From Spirochaetia bacterium (GTDB taxonomy: Bacteria > Spirochaetota > Spirochaetia > UBA9216), in NCBI GenBank assembly GCA_963675665.1, contig OY776510.1, positions 1,152,001-1,216,000 on the forward strand: a DNA stretch of 64,000 nucleotides, written 5' to 3'. Shown here in pieces: positions 60,401-64,000 of the stretch. A program made the translations under genes and the position numbers. The notes under the pieces were generated by a model. It saw only the letters and a program-made list of their open reading frames with translations. It did no database searches and was not told the DNA's origin. Numbering within the stretch: position 1 is the stretch's first letter; each line of letters opens with the position of its first letter.

Positions 60401-63400
60401 ATCGACCACAGCGGCCGGAAACGTGGAAATTTCGGAGACCTCGGATATAACGATACAGTCTTTTACCGTGTCAAACGGATCTTTTACGCTTGATGCCGGC
60501 GGGGCCGTGACGGCAACCAGCGTTGTGCTTTCTTCCGATGCTGAATTAAACGACATCAGCATCGCCAGCGGGGGCGGCGGAAACATCACAGCCGGAATTC
60601 TTACTGCCGGAACGGGGACTCTTAGCGATGTATCGCTCAACAGCGCCGGGATCGTAACCGATGCAGCCGGCAAGATTACGGCGCAGGTACTTACCGCCGA
60701 TGCGGCCGGCGCGATGACCCTGGATACAACAGCGGTAAGCATAGATGCAGGAGCCTCTGCAGTCGGGAATATTATTATTACGGAAACCGACGCGGTAACG
60801 CTTACCGATATCGATACGAGTAACGGAGACATAACGGTAACGGCTGCGACAGGCAATATAAACGCAGGCGCGGTGGACGATCTGGACGGGGGAAATACCG
60901 TAACTATAACAGCCGATGACGGAGCGATAAACGGCGTGAGTCATGACGCGACAGCAGATATCAGCGCGGCAACTATAACCCTGAAGGCGGACAGCGGCGG
61001 CATCGGAACGGGAACAATACTTGATGTAAATGCGACGGTTCAGCTTAATGCCGATACGACAGTTGATAACGGAAGTATTCTTATTGAGGATGTGACCGGA
61101 AACCTGCCGATCGGTACCATGACAACCGGAGGCGCGCCAGGAGATATCACTCTTTGGGCTGATAATGCTGATCAGGACGTAACAGACGCAACCGGCACGG
61201 TCACCTGCGGGGTCCTGACAATCAGGGCCGGAGGAGATATAGGCGCGTTGACAACCTTTTTCCCGGAAGCAGGTTTTACTCCGATAAACACAACAGCATC
61301 AAACCTTGATCTGCGTTCGGGAATAATAGCCGGGGCCGGCTCTGTAATAGCCGTCAGCGACAGTGCATCGCCAGGGCTGACCCGGGTGGACGCATCGCCT
61401 GCTGCCGCGGGAACCGCGCTGATCAAGGCGGTTGTAAACCTTACCGGAACTGCAACAGCCGGTTTTGAGGCTGCCGACGACATCGGACTGGTATCGACCG
61501 GCGGAGCGGGGACCGTTACCGTTCCTGCCGGAATGGATGCGGACGACCTGCGACTTGATGGAAACGATCTGGCCGACAGCAACGGCGGCGATATTGATCT
61601 TGATGCGCTGAACTATCTTCTTAAATCCGGCGGAGCGGAAAGTTTTACGATAACAACTGCCGGGGGCTGGATAGACGCCGAAACAACCGGCGCTTTGTCG
61701 GTAACAAACGACGGCGGAGCTATAGTTGTAGATGATAATACGACAAGCGGGTTCGGGCTTCTAACAACTGCCGCCGGCGATGTTGTATTTAATTCGAGCG
61801 GCGATATAAGCCTGACTACCGACGGAAATATAAGCGTAAACAACGGAAATCTTACTATTTTGGCTGATTCCGATGATTCTAACGATGACGGTTCTTTTAT
61901 TATGGCCGCAGGTTCCTCGATAGATGCCGGAACCGGCACAATAGAAATAGACACAAGGGATGAAATAACGCTGACAAGCCTTGTCTCTACGAACGGAACA
62001 GCGACTGCTGCCGATATCTACAGTGAAAACGGGAACATTGTATTCGACAGCATCACGACCGGGGCCGCAGGCGATATTACACTAGTCACGGATGCCGGAT
62101 CTGTAAACGAAACAGACGATGTCGGAGTGGATTTGAGCTGTAACGATCTGGTTATCACTGCAAGCGCCGAGATTGGAAGCACGGCGACCGATCTTGATAT
62201 AGAAACAGACGTTGATACGATGAATATAAGTAGCACCTTAGCCGGGGATATAGTGATAACAGAGGCCGACGGGGTAACGCTCAGTGATGTTGATACGGTA
62301 AACGGAAATATAACAATAACTGCCGGTGCAGTCTCTGTCGGAGATGTTGATGCTCCCGGGCGGTCTATTACTTTAACGAGTTCGGCCGCAGTAAATGATG
62401 CAGCAGCTGATGCTGTTACCGACTTTTCGGCTACCACACTTATAATCAACGCAGCCAGCGGTATTGGAAACACCGCAATTCTTGAAACTGAAGTTGATAC
62501 ACTCGATATTGATAACGGCGCTGGAGCAAATGACATCGTAATTGATGAAACTGACGCTGTAATAATTATCGATGCTGAGCAGTCTACGGGGGGTGCAATA
62601 GATATTTCCACTGCTAACGGTACCATTACTGTCAATGGCGCAATAAATGCCTCCGGCGCCGGTAATATTGTTCTGACAGCCGGCGGACTTAATAATGATC
62701 TTGATATCAATTCAAATATAGACGGCGGGACCGGTCAGATATCTTTGAGTCCTGCTGATATTATATATCTTGGTGGTGATGTTACTACTACCGGAAGTGA
62801 TATTGATTTCAATGCGCCGACAATTGTTACGGATGATACTGCTTATAGCGTAAGTACTGGAGGGCTATCCGCCGGTAATATCACTTTTACATCTACACTT
62901 GACGGTGATGATGCAAACTTTAATGATAGTCTCGTCTTGACCGCAGGAACAGGCAATATCGACTTCCAGGGCGCCGCAGGCGTTGCCAATGATATCGGCG
63001 ATGTGGATATAGTAAGCGCGGCAGATGTGACAACAGCCGCCGCCGGGTTCCGGTCCGACACGTTTTTACAGCAGGCGGGAAGCGGGACGACGACGCTGAA
63101 CGGAGCGATGATAATAAACGACGCCGGTGTCGGAGCCGGGACAGCTCTTGATATAACTGCTGTAAACATACTGGTGAACGATACGATAACGACGCTGAAC
63201 GACGGGCCTGCGACCTTTACGGTAGCAACGCTACTGGATGTGGCGCCCGGGGCAGACATGAACCTTGCCGGGGCATTTCTGCAGGATGGAGCGGGGAATG
63301 TGCAGACTGCCGGGAACATCATAACCTCCAACGATGCAGTAGACTTCACCGGAACAGTGAGGCTTACCGACAGCGAATCTGTTGTAATAAACAGCGCCGG

Positions 63401-64000
63401 CGGAGACATAACCTTTGCCGATACTCTGGATGCGACAACCGATTTTGACGAGGATCTGCAGCTGACGGCTGCCGGGGGAAGCATCGACTTCCAGGGCGCC
63501 GCAGGCGTTGCCAATGATCTCGGCGATGTGGATATAGTAAGCGCGGCAGATGTGACAACAGCCGCCGCCGGGTTCCGGTCCGACACGTTTTTACAGCAGG
63601 CGGGAAGCGGGACGACGACGCTGAACGGAGCGATGATAATAAACGACGCCGGTGTCGGAGCCGGGACAGCTCTTGATATAACTGCTGTAAACATACTGGT
63701 GAACGATACGATAACGACGCTGAACGACGGGCCTGCGACCTTTACGGTAGCAACGCTACTGGATGTGGCGCCCGGGGCAGACATGAACCTTGCCGGGGCA
63801 TTTCTGCAGGATGGAGCGGGGAATGTGCAGACTGCCGGGAACATCATAACCTCCAACGATGCAGTAGACTTCACCGGAACAGTGAGGCTTACCGACAGCG
63901 AATCTGTTGTAATAAACAGCGCCGGCGGAGACATAACCTTTGCCGATACTCTGGATGCGACAACCGATTTTGACGAGGATCTGCAGCTGACGGCTGCCGG
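54480..64000 (+). CDS. Giant secreted beta-helix/haemagglutinin-like repeat protein (partial, >3170 aa)
   Basis: TTG at 54480 gives MSRFRKISFALISFFIASTSAYTLDYTWTGGGADDLWSTDANWD (signal peptide + W-x-G...W...NW motif); the same frame is intact at 63960; G/A/T/D/V-rich. Only minus-strand shadows and a short off-frame ORF appear in the track because it has no stop. Confidence 0.88.
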   Translation, partial: MSRFRKISFALISFFIASTSAYTLDYTWTGGGADDLWSTDANWDLAGFPDDVTDTATINETAINGIPQIDNNYTINAITAADGTDIDVSGGPWNLIVSGDVTLGTGSLSASIRIVINAASTLSSDRTLEDLLVGAAVVLGTDLALNGDLQISAGSLTTGAHSLAVGGTCTVGATLVASGQTAAEATTLTGDLTVTGTFTAGAGDINAGSDVVFTGGTFTAGTGTFNFTGGNVQSVTAAGQSFNAIHAGKTGGSLTFSDALTASAVTTAAAAYDVAFNGATTTVTADANFLNTGTVTFGDDGDSLTFTGGLSTTAVTGGTNLFGTVSTTDTQMDLGAVTLDGNSTVVAGTGAINMASATDGAGSFSLDLQNGAATGTVTFTGNVTINDLNTFSSGYSVVFQGASNTIDTDTDFLNTGGLTLGNGGDSLTFDGGLSTTAVTGGTTVNGDIITSNDQIDFGAVTLGGASVIDSAGAIINITSVTGAGNTLGLDGGATGAITVSGAVDNILLLTVTDSASMTFAGTVGAGTSGAVTLTNTAGTVSFQNNTDITTLTTTGQGYNLSFTGTATSISNTAVFNNTGTLTLGNAGDTLTFPGGLDSSGGPVGTISVGGTINANGGNDIILESDDTITVTAPMSVNGAGTVSLSAADGISLTAAESDISTVGRTVTINADNDGNNTGDWTQSDAGSAVTSSGGAVSITAADIALTGTISSGAGDITLRPSTDARTIALNDATGSFSLDAAELTQLDSSGTVTVGRTTGTGTISVGSAGTLNLSGETYDLTLEGATSVTDFNFGGGNTLTLVNGGTLDLAAGGNVTASGVTDVTISGGTLQLSSAGSVTLVTQVADLGAGTTTGAVDLTNTDLSLDVTGAFSAGNNSITVNTGTGTFSNSTGTFSAGTQSVSITADDVNLYQTLTGTAGVTIQASTAARTIDIGTDLNLGLTDSDLDNISTNILTIGDALAGAVTVSAAVSPSSAATLHLVSDGGYTDGAGGTISVTNLAVSAGGDVVLDAGHSVLTVAISAPGQAITFTEADGFTVGTVAGVAGFDGSTVTITGVDGHVAVNDTAAANDINGTGAVSFILQGVNRRLTVDAGADIETAADGLIIEADRMTLNGSVTGTGQSVVLRPHTAGRLLDLGGADVIATTLGLTDAELDNVTAGVLTIGNAAMGAIDVSAAVSPAGTNTLHLISDEGFTDDAGITVANLAVDGDAAAVLDAGHDVDTLAFILTDNGAGFTFVDTDTLAVGSVDGVTGGVTNNGAISISTQDGSLTVNQAINAGTQTVQLEAGESVEGTTANLVLDANITGSSVALIAGDALNQTGGAISASSLGIEAETVTALTPPANLSTLAFNITGAGNFTFTDPDDFAVGTVGTVVGGTTADGNISLTATNGTITVSDNITAGGTGTVLLDANGGTSDISVGAVITSSSGIITLNADNDVGFGAAGSISSTSGNVSVTADADAAATGTSGAVTMNAASSVNAGSGTISLSADEGITLSLLQTTDNTGSAVSVVSGNGAIEEDGDAGIDIVANSVGAEVTLQADTGIGNGGTIETQAAAIDALNGTTGAIQLDEADGLIILQARNAGAGAITISTAGTTTVQAAGGGVVTGGTDAVSISVGGDASLTVNDAVASGGNTISLSADDDIIFGADGDVSSNGGVVTVTADNDNDNNGSGGALSMNDNTLVDAGNAAITFSADEDITLGSVVTTGVVVVGLTSKNGAVVDGGDSLVDVDAAAATLSIDAETGIGDGGAIDTMVDVLDAVNATSGALQVTETAAGGALQVYQAAQSSGGNAVNVQTVNGDLTVTAGQSGISVSGAATVTLTAGDNDASNDDDLIINDTVTAGSLQITLTSQSNDVRFGADGDVSTAGGEIEVNAGAAGAGLVTLANGTVLNAGAGLIDINGIGNVTLGRLVTSNNTASAVDVLSSAGQIIDGGNLGGADIAATWANAVVNLNAAGAIGVGDAIDTDIVTLTGSTTAAGNVEISETSDITIQSFTVSNGSFTLDAGGAVTATSVVLSSDAELNDISIASGGGGNITAGILTAGTGTLSDVSLNSAGIVTDAAGKITAQVLTADAAGAMTLDTTAVSIDAGASAVGNIIITETDAVTLTDIDTSNGDITVTAATGNINAGAVDDLDGGNTVTITADDGAINGVSHDATADISAATITLKADSGGIGTGTILDVNATVQLNADTTVDNGSILIEDVTGNLPIGTMTTGGAPGDITLWADNADQDVTDATGTVTCGVLTIRAGGDIGALTTFFPEAGFTPINTTASNLDLRSGIIAGAGSVIAVSDSASPGLTRVDASPAAAGTALIKAVVNLTGTATAGFEAADDIGLVSTGGAGTVTVPAGMDADDLRLDGNDLADSNGGDIDLDALNYLLKSGGAESFTITTAGGWIDAETTGALSVTNDGGAIVVDDNTTSGFGLLTTAAGDVVFNSSGDISLTTDGNISVNNGNLTILADSDDSNDDGSFIMAAGSSIDAGTGTIEIDTRDEITLTSLVSTNGTATAADIYSENGNIVFDSITTGAAGDITLVTDAGSVNETDDVGVDLSCNDLVITASAEIGSTATDLDIETDVDTMNISSTLAGDIVITEADGVTLSDVDTVNGNITITAGAVSVGDVDAPGRSITLTSSAAVNDAAADAVTDFSATTLIINAASGIGNTAILETEVDTLDIDNGAGANDIVIDETDAVIIIDAEQSTGGAIDISTANGTITVNGAINASGAGNIVLTAGGLNNDLDINSNIDGGTGQISLSPADIIYLGGDVTTTGSDIDFNAPTIVTDDTAYSVSTGGLSAGNITFTSTLDGDDANFNDSLVLTAGTGNIDFQGAAGVANDIGDVDIVSAADVTTAAAGFRSDTFLQQAGSGTTTLNGAMIINDAGVGAGTALDITAVNILVNDTITTLNDGPATFTVATLLDVAPGADMNLAGAFLQDGAGNVQTAGNIITSNDAVDFTGTVRLTDSESVVINSAGGDITFADTLDATTDFDEDLQLTAAGGSIDFQGAAGVANDLGDVDIVSAADVTTAAAGFRSDTFLQQAGSGTTTLNGAMIINDAGVGAGTALDITAVNILVNDTITTLNDGPATFTVATLLDVAPGADMNLAGAFLQDGAGNVQTAGNIITSNDAVDFTGTVRLTDSESVVINSAGGDITFADTLDATTDFDEDLQLTAA
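62958..64000 (+). repeat. Near-identical 525-bp in-frame tandem repeat (175 aa), at least 2 copies
   Basis: ATCGACTTCCAGGGCGCCGCAGGCG at 62958 and 63483; CAGCGAATCT at 63371 and 63896; only difference noticed is GATATC vs GATCTC. Confidence 0.95.

Noticed and set aside
54585-63934. Many minus-strand ORFs (up to 363 aa) rich in V/P/S/A
   Set aside because: Antisense shadows of the giant plus-strand gene; no motifs or RBS.
1-64000. CRISPR arrays, tRNA/rRNA, IS elements, integrases, prophage
   Set aside because: No spaced short repeats, RNA-gene signatures or transposase/integrase motifs were seen; intergenic gaps are all under 300 bp.

Overview
Mostly core chromosome, most likely from a free-living spirochaete (inferred from gene content and protein style; not checked by search). 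From left to right it holds: a partial APC permease; a complete sigma54-type phage-shock system (pspF divergent from pspA-pspB-pspC, with a visible -24/-12 promoter and phased palindromic activator sites); hydrolases, a GT2 and an ABC exporter; sbcDC; an HD-GYP protein; cysQ plus a sulfotransferase; pstCAB-phoU-phoB-phoR, with pstS about 9 kb away under the same Pho box; pyrG; gnd-pgl-zwf; an SDR/TetR module; ZIP and Fluc transporters; thrH-folE; plsC; a CNNM/CorC transporter; htpG; putP; ltaE; an orphan cheA; aroA; a CARDB lipoprotein; and a giant (>3170 aa) secreted repeat protein missed by the ORF track, which runs off the right edge. I saw no rRNA, tRNA, CRISPR array or mobile element. The most notable unannotated signals are: (1) about ten genes whose start codon sits 5-8 nt after a sigma70 -10 box with no Shine-Dalgarno, suggesting systematic leaderless mRNA; (2) an MgtL-like 27-codon acidic/Pro leader ORF coupled to the CNNM/CorC gene; (3) a PstA carrying two PstS-like lobes; (4) a near-identical 525-bp tandem repeat and a low-GC mosaic segment in the giant gene; (5) an HExxH motif in an unannotated secreted protein. 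All of these are hypotheses from reading the sequence.
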